64,000 nucleotides of DNA from Candidatus Poribacteria bacterium. Its GTDB lineage: Bacteria > Poribacteria > WGA-4E > WGA-3G. Below, in pieces: positions 30,305 through 39,067 of this stretch. The DNA lies in the NCBI GenBank assembly GCA_965242965.1, contig OZ251518.1, positions 3,456,001-3,520,000 on the forward strand, read 5' to 3'. Position numbers and translations under genes: made by a program. Numbering within the stretch: position 1 is the stretch's first letter; every line of letters starts with the position of its first letter. Below the pieces are notes generated by a model that did no database searches, was not told where the DNA came from, and saw only the letters and a program-made list of their open reading frames with translations.

Positions 30305-30594
30305 GCAGGATTATCACGATTATCACGATTAGGAGCAGGATTTTCAAGATTTTCAAGATTTCACAGGATATGAGCAGGATTTACAAGATTTATCAAGATT
30401 AGCAAGATTATAGAGTCTGATGCATCAAACACCCCGTGGCCTGCCACAACCGCGCCGATGCACCAGAGACCTAATCCTGTGAAATCCTGTGAAATCCTGT
30501 AAATCCTGCTCCAAATCGTGAGAATCGTGAGAATCCTGCTCCTAATCTTGCTAAATCGTGAAAATCTTGAAAATCCTGCTCATATCCTGCTCAA
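30305..30594. repeat. Family C fold-back
   Basis: About 11 A(A/C/G)GATT units, TCTGATGCATC-core-GATGCACCAGA, then about 12 inverted AATC(C/G/T)TG units. Confidence 0.9.
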
Positions 30595-30602
30595 TTTTTC
30601 CC

Positions 30603-30631
30603 TTGACAATTATCCCCATTCATGTTATCAT
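30603..30631 (+). promoter_or_regulatory. sigma70 promoter giving a probably leaderless RM transcript
   Basis: TTGACA-17-TATCAT with ATG 7 nt downstream and no SD sequence. Confidence 0.6.
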
Positions 30632-30638
30632 ATCCTAC

Positions 30639-33600
30639 ATGAAACAATTAACCCTGAAACCACACCACAAACCGGTGCGCGAATACTACGCCACGCTGAA
30701 GGCATACGCCGCCCGCGATATCAAGCACGAAGGCGCAGTCAGCACGCCGTTCCAAGCACTGCTCCACGCCTGCGCGAAGCAAGTAGAGGCCACCCTCGTG
30801 CCGCAATACGCGGTCCGCACCGAAACCGGCACTCGGATTGTCATCGATGGCATGCTCCTCGATGCCTACGGGCTCCCCCTCGCCGCCTGCGAATTTAAAG
30901 ACGTTGACGACGATTTGCCGAAAGCCGTGCAAGAGAAATTCGCCGTCGGCTATCCCGACGATAACATCTTCTTCCAAACGCCAGAACGCGGGATTCTTTA
31001 CCAAAACGGGCAAAAAGTGCTTGACGCAGACCTCGGGGACCCGGGGCAATTATGCGACGCGCTTGAAAAGTTGTTCGCGAATCCGCACACGGCGATTGAA
31101 AATTGGCATGCCGCTGTCGCCGAATTCAAGGAGAAAGTGCCGGCACTCGGGGCGGAACTGACGCAGCGCATCGCCGCGGAGCGCGAGACGAACGCGGCGT
31201 ATCGCGATGCGTTCGCCGATTTCTATGCGCACTGCCGCGCCTCCATCAACCCGAACCTCTCGCAAGCCGCCGTGGAGGAGATGCTGACGCAACATATTTT
31301 GACAGAACGCACCTTCCGCACCGTTTTCGCCAATCCGGATTTCACGCGGCGGAATATCATCGCCCGCGAGATTGAAAACGTCATTGACGCGCTCACCTCG
31401 CAGGCATTTAGTCGGCACGAGTTCCTGGCAAGCCTCGATCCGTTCTATCTCGCCATTGAGCAGGCATCGCTGTTGTGCAAAGATTTTTCCCAGAAACAGC
31501 ACTTCCTGAACACCGTTTACGAGCAGTTTTTTCAAGGGTTTTCTGTCGCTGTGGCCGATACGCACGGCATCGTCTACACGCCGCAACCCCTCGTCGATTT
31601 CATGGTGAAGAGCGTCAATTATGTCCTCCAAGAAGAATTCGGCAAGACGGTATCCGATAGCGGCGTGCATCTCATCGATGCCTTTGTCGGCACCGGAAAC
31701 TTCATCGTCCGGCTGATGCGCGAGATCGATGGCCGAGCCTTGAAACGGAAATACCGCGAGGAACTGCATTGCAATGAAGTCCTCCTGCTGCCCTACTACA
31801 TCGCCAGCATGAACATTGAGCACGAATATTTTCAAGCGACGCAGTCCTACCTGCCGTTTGAGAAGATCTGCCTCGTGGACACTTTCGATACGTTTGATGT
31901 GCGCGATGCACCGAACCAGACCGGGCAGTTTGCCTATTTCTCGCAGGCGAATACCCTGCGCGTGGAGGAGCAGAAAGCCACACCGATGTTCGTCGTCATC
32001 GGAAATCCACCCTATAACGCCGGGCAGAAAAACGAGAATGACAATAACCCGAACCGCAAATATGAAGGCGTGGATGCGCGCGTGCGCGATACTTACGCCA
32101 AAGATTCTGTGGCGCAACGAAAAGGCGCGCTCTATGATCCGTATGTGAAATCCTATCGCTGGGGCACCGATAAACTCGGCATCGAGGGGCTCGTTGCTTT
32201 CGTCACGAACCGCTCCTTTATTGACGGCATCGCGTTTGACGGCATGCGCAAGCACCTCGCCCAAGATTTTGACACCCTCTATGTGCTGGATTTAGGCGGA
32301 AATATCCGCGCGGGCGACCCGGGCACCTCCAACGTCTTCGGCATCCAGGTCGGCGTGTGTATCACCATCTTGGTGAAAAAGCGAGACGCTTCGCAGAAAC
32401 CGGCCCGCATCCTCTACCACGGCGAAACCGCCAAGTGGGATGCCAGCCGCAAGATGGATTGGTTGAACGAACGCGAACACGTCGGCAATCTCACGTGGCA
32501 GGACATTCAACCCAACGAACGTCACATCTGGCTCACCGAGGGGCTCCGCGACGAATTCAACACCTTTCTCCCCATCGGCAGCAAGACGGTAAAGGCGGCG
32601 AAAGGCGCAGGCATCGGCACGATGTTTAAGACTTACAGCAACGGCGTGAAAACGGGCCGCGATGAATGGGCGATCAACTTCAACGAGGCCGCTCTCACGG
32701 CAAATCTGTCTCGGATGATGGAGTTCTACAACGCCGAAGTTGCGCGATGGCAGCAGCGCACTGATTTTGAGATACCTCTCAACAATTTTGTGAGTGCTGA
32801 CAACACCAAAATCAAGTGGGATGAAAGGCTCAAAGCGGAATTGAAAAGAGGCAACCTCGCTGCGTTCTCAGCAGCAAAGGTGCGCGATCATCTCTATCGG
32901 CCCTTTACCAAATCGAACCTCTATTTCGACAGGCAGATAGCTCATCGAGTCTCTCTGATGCCCTCCATTTTCCCGGTGCCTGAGACAGAGAACGAGAATC
33001 GCGTGATTTGCGTCAGCGGGATTGGCAGCGGCAAGCCGTTCCAAACGCTCATGACAGATTTGCTCCCATCGGTTGATATTCTTGAAAAAACGCATTGCTT
33101 TCCGTTCTACACCTACGCGGAGGATGGTTCGGAACGCCGTGAGAACATCACCGATTGGGCATTGGCGGCGTTCCGCGCGCACTACGGCGACGAAAGCATC
33201 ACGAAGTGGGACATCTTCAACTACACCTACGGCTTGTTGCATCATCCCGACTATCGCGAGACGTATGCCGATAATCTCAAATTAGATTTACCGCATATTC
33301 CGTTCGCGTCGGATTTCTGGGGGTTTGCGAAGGCGGGTGCGCAGTTGGCGGAGCTCCATGTCAATTATGAGTCGTCGCCGGAGTATGCGGGGTTGCAGCC
33401 TATTGAGAACCGCGAGCTTCCGATCGATTATCGGGTGTCAAAGAAGATGAAATTCTCGGCGGATAAAACGGCGTTGCGCTACAACGATTTCCTCACGATA
33501 GGCGGGATTCCGTCGTCGGCGTTTGCGTATCGGTTGGGTGCGTATTCGGCGTTGGAGTGGGTGGTGAATCAGTATCATGTGAAGACGCACAAACGGAGTC

Positions 33601-33722
33601 AGTTGCTCTCCGATCCGAACCGCGTTGCTGATGATGAATATATTGTTCGGCTTCTTGGGCAGGTGGTAGAGGTGAGTGTTCGGACGGTGGGTATTGTTGG
33701 GGGGTTGCCGGAGTTATTTTGA
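30639..33722 (+). CDS. Single-chain N6-adenine methyltransferase/restriction enzyme with Type ISP-like C-terminal specificity domain, no helicase
   Basis: N-terminal IDG...EFKD nuclease-like motif, GIVYTP, DAFVGTGNF, GNPPY, NGVKTGRDEW, YRPF, YTYGLLHHPDYR. Confidence 0.85.
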   Translation: MKQLTLKPHHKPVREYYATLKAYAARDIKHEGAVSTPFQALLHACAKQVEATLVPQYAVRTETGTRIVIDGMLLDAYGLPLAACEFKDVDDDLPKAVQEKFAVGYPDDNIFFQTPERGILYQNGQKVLDADLGDPGQLCDALEKLFANPHTAIENWHAAVAEFKEKVPALGAELTQRIAAERETNAAYRDAFADFYAHCRASINPNLSQAAVEEMLTQHILTERTFRTVFANPDFTRRNIIAREIENVIDALTSQAFSRHEFLASLDPFYLAIEQASLLCKDFSQKQHFLNTVYEQFFQGFSVAVADTHGIVYTPQPLVDFMVKSVNYVLQEEFGKTVSDSGVHLIDAFVGTGNFIVRLMREIDGRALKRKYREELHCNEVLLLPYYIASMNIEHEYFQATQSYLPFEKICLVDTFDTFDVRDAPNQTGQFAYFSQANTLRVEEQKATPMFVVIGNPPYNAGQKNENDNNPNRKYEGVDARVRDTYAKDSVAQRKGALYDPYVKSYRWGTDKLGIEGLVAFVTNRSFIDGIAFDGMRKHLAQDFDTLYVLDLGGNIRAGDPGTSNVFGIQVGVCITILVKKRDASQKPARILYHGETAKWDASRKMDWLNEREHVGNLTWQDIQPNERHIWLTEGLRDEFNTFLPIGSKTVKAAKGAGIGTMFKTYSNGVKTGRDEWAINFNEAALTANLSRMMEFYNAEVARWQQRTDFEIPLNNFVSADNTKIKWDERLKAELKRGNLAAFSAAKVRDHLYRPFTKSNLYFDRQIAHRVSLMPSIFPVPETENENRVICVSGIGSGKPFQTLMTDLLPSVDILEKTHCFPFYTYAEDGSERRENITDWALAAFRAHYGDESITKWDIFNYTYGLLHHPDYRETYADNLKLDLPHIPFASDFWGFAKAGAQLAELHVNYESSPEYAGLQPIENRELPIDYRVSKKMKFSADKTALRYNDFLTIGGIPSSAFAYRLGAYSALEWVVNQYHVKTHKRSQLLSDPNRVADDEYIVRLLGQVVEVSVRTVGIVGGLPELF

Positions 33723-33739
33723 AGGGTGAAAGCCGCCTT

Positions 33740-34760
33740 CATCGTAGGGCTTGGGCCCTCGGATGCCACACGCGCATGCGAGCGGGTTTCCCTCGCCATG
33801 CTGCGATCGCGGGGGACAGGCCCCCGCCCTACGGAAAAAAACGCCTCCCCGCACCGTAGGGCGAGGGCCTGTCCCTCGCCATCGTCGGTGCTACGCAAAA
33901 AAACGTCTCTTGTTCTCTTAAGTCCGTAGGACCTTAATGTCTATAGCAGCCGGCGACGTGAAGAGATTTAAGGTCCTTTAGGTCCTTAATAGGTTTTGCC
34001 ATGCGGCGCGTGTTTTTTATTAAGGACCTAAAGGACCTTGACATGGGGCTGACACGTTTTTCTATAGACATTAAGGACCTAAAGGACCTAAGACGGCATT
34101 TTGGCGATGGAGATCGCGGGGGACAGGCCCCCGCGCTACGGGGAAAAAACGCCTCCCCCCTCACCGTAGGGCTTGGGCCCTCGCATGCCACACGCGCATG
34201 CGAGCGGGTTTCCCTCGCCATGCTGCGATCGCGGGGGCCTGTCCCCCGCGCTACGGAAAAAAACGGTACGTCATCGTCCGCGCACTCCAACGATCGCGGG
34301 GGACAGGCCCCCGCGCTACGGTGAAAAAAAACGGCATTCCCTCATCGTAGGGCGGGGGCCTGTCCCTCGCCATGCTGCACTCGCGGGGGACAGGCCCCCG
34401 CGCTACGGTGGAAATAACGTCTTTTAGGTCTGTAGGACCTTAATGTCTATAGCACGTGAGGCTCCGAAGAATTCTAAGGTCCTTTAGGTCCTTAATGTGT
34501 TTTGCCAGGGCCGCGTGTTTTTTATTAAGGACCTAAAGGACCTTGACATGGGGCTGACACGTTTTTCTATAGACATTAAGGACCTAAAGGACCTAAGACG
34601 GCATTTTGGCGATGGAGATCGCGGGGGACAGGCCCCCGCGCTACGATAAAAAAAACGGTTTTGAGCCATCGCGGGGGACAGGCCCCCGCGCTACGGGCAC
34701 ATCGAGACCGGGAGGTCTCTCCTACGGGGAAGGCATCGAGACCAGGAGGTCTCTCCTACG
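33740..34760. repeat. 1-kb composite array of REPs and two family-B fold-backs
   Basis: More than 10 REP hairpins, plus an exact internal duplication (34007-34140 = 34512-34645). Confidence 0.9.
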
Positions 34761-34862
34761 GTAACATCGCTAATCCCTTTGTGCTTTTTCGATTTTGGTT
34801 TGACAACGCTTTAGACGTTATGGTATCCTATCTTCAAACGCTTTTGACGAGGTGCAGGAACG

Positions 34863-35105
34863 ATGGAAAAATTAGACCGGATTACTTTTAATCCAAATGT
34901 GATGAGCGGTAAACCAATCATCCGTGGCATGCGAGTCACGGTTGGCACGGTTGTCGGGCTAGTCGCTTCCGGGTATTCGACGGAGGAGATTCTGGATGCG
35001 TATCCTTATTTAGAAGCCGAGGATATTCGTCAGTCGTTGTTATACGCGGCGTGGCGCGTTCAGGAACGTGAGGTCCTCTTGGAGCCTTATGAAGGTGATA
35101 ATTGA
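34863..35105 (+). CDS. DUF433 antitoxin-like protein
   Basis: RITFNPNVMSGKPIIRGMRVTV...YPYLEAEDI. Confidence 0.92.
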   Translation: MEKLDRITFNPNVMSGKPIIRGMRVTVGTVVGLVASGYSTEEILDAYPYLEAEDIRQSLLYAAWRVQEREVLLEPYEGDN

Positions 35106-35463
35106 TATGAACCTTTCCCCGAAGTGGGTTCAGGTTTTTAAGCAGCAGGGGTGGCACGCGGTTCATTGGCGAACGCTAAGCGATCCGCTCGCATCGGATA
35201 GTGCCATTATGGACTGGGCACGCGAACACGGCTATGTTGTCTTCACGCGCGATCTTGACTTTGGAACGCTGCTTGCGACTACCTATGTTCAAGGCCCCAG
35301 CGTCATTCAAATTCGCGATGAGAACATGATGCCTCATCATTTGGGTGACTGGTTAGCGGCGATATTGCGTCAACACGAGGCGGAATTAGAATCTGGTGCA
35401 TTGTTAACTGTGCACAAAGATCGGACTAAGATCCGCGCGCTCCCCTTCCCTGGTGGTTTATAG
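35089..35463 (+). CDS. DUF5615 PIN-like toxin
   Basis: MKVIIDMNLS...ASDSAIMDWA...TRDLDFG. Overlaps the DUF433 stop. Confidence 0.9.
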   Translation: MKVIIDMNLSPKWVQVFKQQGWHAVHWRTLSDPLASDSAIMDWAREHGYVVFTRDLDFGTLLATTYVQGPSVIQIRDENMMPHHLGDWLAAILRQHEAELESGALLTVHKDRTKIRALPFPGGL

Positions 35464-35494
35464 GGCAAAGCCTTTTTGACGAGGTGCAGGAACG

Positions 35495-35737
35495 ATGGAA
35501 AAATTAGACCGGATTACTTTTAATCCGAATGTGATGGGCGGCAAGCCAATCATCCGTGGCATGCGCGTTACGGTGGGGATGGTTGTCGGGCTAGTCGCTT
35601 CCGGGTATTCGACGGAGGAGATTCTGGATGCGTATCCTTATTTAGAGGCAGAGGATATTCGTCAGTCGCTGTCCTATGCGGCGTGGCGCGTCCAAGAGAT
35701 TGAAATTCCCCTGGAGCCTTATGAAGGTGATGATTGA
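35495..35737 (+). CDS. DUF433 antitoxin-like protein, tandem paralog
   Basis: Nearly identical to 34863-35105, including the upstream RBS region. Confidence 0.92.
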   Translation: MEKLDRITFNPNVMGGKPIIRGMRVTVGMVVGLVASGYSTEEILDAYPYLEAEDIRQSLSYAAWRVQEIEIPLEPYEGDD

Positions 35738-35740
35738 TAT
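35721..35740 (+). pseudogene. First codons of a second PIN toxin, truncated by a family-E end
   Basis: ATGAAGGTGATGATTGATAT matches the start at 35089, then runs directly into GAGGGTGTTTCATAA. Confidence 0.7.
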
Positions 35741-35975
35741 GAGGGTGTTTCATAACTCCGTTTCGGTATTTATTTCCCCTTGCGGGGACGGGCGAATACC
35801 GATAGAAAAGCGAGGGGGCGCATCGGGCCCACCTCTGTAGTTCGGGAGCGCCCGCTCCCGAACGGATCAGGATCAGGCGATCCTGACCTACAGGGGTGAC
35901 GAGGTCTGCGAGCCAAACGCATGGCGAGGGACAGGCCCTCGCCCTACGTGAAGGGGCGGCGTTTTTTTCACCGTA
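35741..35975. mobile_element. Family E left end with REP cargo
   Basis: Same left TIR and interior as the copies at 11614 and 6573. Confidence 0.75.
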
Positions 35976-36026
35976 TCGCGAGAAAAACAAAAATCTTGCA
36001 AAATTTCTCATTAAATGTTAAAATTC

Positions 36027-36992
36027 ATGGCACAACTAAAACAGCGAACCCATCTTGAATACTGGTTTGCCCTTGCATCCGTAGAAGGGCTCGGCGGCGT
36101 GCGGATTAGGCGGCTCATGACGCGGTTCGGGAACGTGGCGAACATTTTTGATGCAGAGCTCCCCGAAATCGCGCGCTTACCCTCTTTCAATCCGGTCTTG
36201 GCATCGCGGATACTCACCGTGGCGCAGAATTTTCCGGCATTACAAGAGCGGCTAGACGCGCTCAACAGCCAGCAGGTGGAGGTGCTTTGCCCGGAAGACG
36301 CGACATACCCAGCACAGCTTAAAGCAGTGCCGGATGCCCCGGCGATTCTGTGCAGAATCGGCACCCTCTCCCAAATCCACGAACGGTGCGTCTCTATTGT
36401 GGGAAGTCAGCAACCGAGCCCGGAAGGGGTTCAGGTGACGCTGGAGCTCGCCGTGAAGTTGGCGCAGGCCGGCGTTACCGTTGTCAGTGGACTCGCCACC
36501 GGCATTGATGCAACCGCGCACAACGGTGCCTTGGCGGGAGGCGGACGCACAGTCGGCGTGTTGGCAACCGATTTTAGTGCCGTCTACCCGTTGCGAAATC
36601 AAGACCTCGCCGCGAAAATCTACGAGACAGGATGCTTGTTCACCGAACATCCGTTTCCGACATCGCCATCTCCCGGGAACTTCGTGTTGCGGAATCGGAT
36701 TATCAGTGGGCTTTCAATGGCGACAATCGTCGTAGAGTCACAAAAAAGTGGTGGCGCGATGCATACCGCACGCTACGCGCGGCGGCAAGGAAGACACCTC
36801 TTCGCATGCCGGTGGAAAACGCAAGACGAACGCAGCGAAGGAACGCGGGAACTCATTAACACCGGTGCCATCCCTTTTTTGCCTAACGAACTTGACAAAG
36901 TCGTTGAAGACGTTACGCATCCGGAACAGTTGGAAGAGCAAAGTGCCATCGGTGCATCCGGCCAACAGATGGGGCTTTTTGATGCCGGATAA
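36027..36992 (+). CDS. dprA: DNA-processing protein DprA
   Basis: YPAQLKAVPDAP, SIVGS, VVSGLATGIDATAHNGAL, RNRIISGLS, SGGAMHTA. Confidence 0.92.
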   Translation: MAQLKQRTHLEYWFALASVEGLGGVRIRRLMTRFGNVANIFDAELPEIARLPSFNPVLASRILTVAQNFPALQERLDALNSQQVEVLCPEDATYPAQLKAVPDAPAILCRIGTLSQIHERCVSIVGSQQPSPEGVQVTLELAVKLAQAGVTVVSGLATGIDATAHNGALAGGGRTVGVLATDFSAVYPLRNQDLAAKIYETGCLFTEHPFPTSPSPGNFVLRNRIISGLSMATIVVESQKSGGAMHTARYARRQGRHLFACRWKTQDERSEGTRELINTGAIPFLPNELDKVVEDVTHPEQLEEQSAIGASGQQMGLFDAG

Positions 36993-37210
36993 CCTGATGT
37001 CCGCAGCGTTTTTTTCGTAAAATAAAACATTACAAAAAAAATCGCAAAAAAATTTGATTTTTTTTTGAAAATGTGGTATACTATATATGTCTATAGACGG
37101 CATTAGGGAAGACGTGTACCCTTTTTTGATTTCACAACGTTTAAGAAATGTGGTATACTCCGAAGAAAATAGCAGGTTTTCCTAGAAAATAGGAAAAATG
37201 AAGTTTTTTC

Positions 37211-37239
37211 TTGACAAAAACAACAAATTTTTGTAGAAT
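37211..37239 (+). promoter_or_regulatory. sigma70 promoter upstream of the long structured leader
   Basis: TTGACA-17-TAGAAT. Further TGTGGTATACT -10-like sites at ~37072 and ~37149. Confidence 0.7.
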
Positions 37240-37245
37240 TGCTTC

Positions 37246-37655
37246 ATTAAATCCAAATGCAGGCAGAACTTGCAGATTTCTCTTCGTAAAATTCTCTTGA
37301 AAAAGTTTGCAAACTTTGCTAAACTTTGGATAGACACTTTCGGGCGAGGCGCGATAATCTAGATGGTATGGGGGCAAAACCCCCGCTGACGAGCCGCCCT
37401 CGCGAGATTTGTTCTCAACGTGTCGGTCCGTCCGCTGGCACACCGCAGTGGACGACAAACGAAATAGCCCAACGTTACTCGACTTTATGAGGATATCATG
37501 ATTGGTTTCCATCGCCGCCGTTGCATTGCAAACAACAGCGGTAGCGAAACCAACCGTTCCCAACGGCGAGAGCCCGCGGGACAACACCGAAAGTTTTCTA
37601 GCGGCATCTATACCCGTAGCGCGCTGACAAAACGCGCTGTCTGGATAGGTGCATT
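37246..37655 (+). ncRNA. Putative large structured RNA or cis-regulatory leader, family not recognised
   Basis: Multiple nested helices, including long-range ACTTTCGG/CCGAAAGT and a GNRA-capped hairpin. No credible ORF, and unrelated to the repeat families. Confidence 0.6.
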
Positions 37656-37688
37656 CTGATTAACCTTAAATTTAAGGAGTTAACTCAA

Positions 37689-38339
37689 ATGAAAAAAATG
37701 TTTAGAACCTTGGCTTTATTGATGGCGGCACTGCTCGCTGTCTATGTGATTGGCTGCGGTGGCGACGACGACGCAGAAGAGACGGAAGCTGCACCGGCGG
37801 CATTCCAGAGTGCAACACCGCCTGGGGGCGAAGTCGCTGCGAACGGAACAATCTCGGTTACCTTTGACAATGCCCCCTCCGGCGTTTCGGTAACCGCGGG
37901 AACTGTTACCGTAGCCGGCAAGACGGCCACCATCACGGGGCCCTTCACCCCTGGTCCGCTCGCGCTGACCATTAACTGGGATGATGGGAGCCATACGCTC
38001 AACTACACCGTTACGGCACCGGATACCACCGCGCCGACGGTCACGGGTGGCACGGTGAGTGATGGCGACAAGGATGTCGATCCCGAGCAGATCAACACCG
38101 ATGCCATGATTGAGGTTACCTTCAGCGAGGATGTCACCGGAAGCATCGCCCTGCAGACAGAGGGCGGCGATGATGTCGGCTGGCTTGGCAAAGTCGAAGG
38201 CACCACAGGCACCTTGGAACTCGTCAAGGGTAAGGAAATCGGCAATGAGACTACCTACGTTATCGCAGGTAAAGTTTCTGACGCTGCCGGCAACGCCCTT
38301 GATGTCAGCATCACCTTTGTCACAAAAGGTAAAGAGTAA
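37689..38339 (+). CDS. Lipoprotein with Ig-like (Big_5/SbsA-type) domains
   Basis: Lipobox VIGC, DTTAPTV...IEVTFSE...TYVI...VSDAAGN. RBS AAGGAG. Confidence 0.8.
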   Translation: MKKMFRTLALLMAALLAVYVIGCGGDDDAEETEAAPAAFQSATPPGGEVAANGTISVTFDNAPSGVSVTAGTVTVAGKTATITGPFTPGPLALTINWDDGSHTLNYTVTAPDTTAPTVTGGTVSDGDKDVDPEQINTDAMIEVTFSEDVTGSIALQTEGGDDVGWLGKVEGTTGTLELVKGKEIGNETTYVIAGKVSDAAGNALDVSITFVTKGKE

Positions 38340-38362
38340 GTTTGCGGCTATTTCGCTTACGC

Positions 38363-38398
38363 GGGCAGCGTATCTTTAAGATGCGCTGCCTTTTTTTA
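38363..38398 (+). terminator. Rho-independent terminator
   Basis: GGCAGCGTATCT-loop-AGATGCGCTGCC followed by T8. Confidence 0.85.
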
Positions 38399-38411
38399 TG
38401 CTCTTCAGTCC

Positions 38412-38900
38412 CGTAGGAGAGACCTCCTAGTCTCGATTCCCTGTCGTCGCGCCGTCCCGGTCTTGATTTCCCCGTAGCGCGGGGGCCTGTCCCCCGCGAT
38501 CGTTGGATTACACTTGCGCGAGAACGCTGGCGAGGGACAGGCCCTCGCCCTACGGTGAGGGCGGGCGTTTCTTATCGTAGCGCGGGGGCCTGTCCCCCGC
38601 GAGTGTTCGTCCCTCACAGCATGGCGAGGGACAGGCCCTCGCGCTACGGTGAAGGGGGCGTTTTTTTATCGTAGCGCGGGGGCCTGTCCCCCGCGATCGT
38701 TGGATTACACTTGCGCGAGAACGCTGGCGAGGGACAGGCCCTCGCGCTACGGTGAAGGCGGCGTTTTTTTTATCGTAGCGCGACGGCCCTCGGATGCCAT
38801 ACGCGCATCCGAGCGGGTTTCCCCCGCGAGCTCGCCCAGAAGGTTGCATCGAGACCGGGAGGGCTCTCCTACCGGAAAAAACGAGTTATGAAACACCCTC
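38412..38900. mobile_element. REP array ending in a family-E right TIR
   Basis: About 9 REP hairpins with an internal duplication, ending TTATGAAACACCCTC at 38886-38900. Confidence 0.75.
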
Positions 38901-38919
38901 ATTTTAATGCAAATTATTC

Positions 38920-39005
38920 TTGACAAAAAAAACGATTCACGTTAAAATCTACAATTAATAATTTATGAAAAAAGTTTGAACGGTTTTTGAAATAGGGTTG
39001 TCTAA
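38920..39005 (+). promoter_or_regulatory. sigma70-like promoter plus a possible ECF autoregulatory promoter
   Basis: TTGACA-17-TAAAAT at 38920, and GAAC-N18-GTCTA at 38978-39004. Confidence 0.5.
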
Positions 39006-39067
39006 ATAATCAGAGACAGGTAGATGCGCGCGTAGCAACGCGCAGTTACCAAAGGAGATAACGTTCC

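Noticed and set aside
33740-34760. CRISPR array
   Set aside because: Repeats alternate in orientation, spacing is irregular, spacers are themselves repeated, and there are no cas genes.
37386-37465. Hammerhead ribozyme (CTGACGAG...CGAAA)
   Set aside because: Core-like words are present, but I could not build stems I-III in the required register.
37141-37587. 148-aa minus-strand ORF
   Set aside because: It runs through promoter-like AT tracts and the structured region, with no RBS or protein features.
35741-38900. Composite transposon from the left TIR at 35741 to the right TIR at 38900 carrying dprA
   Set aside because: The flanks ATTGATAT and ATTTTAAT do not form an 8-bp duplication, so these are more likely independent solo ends.
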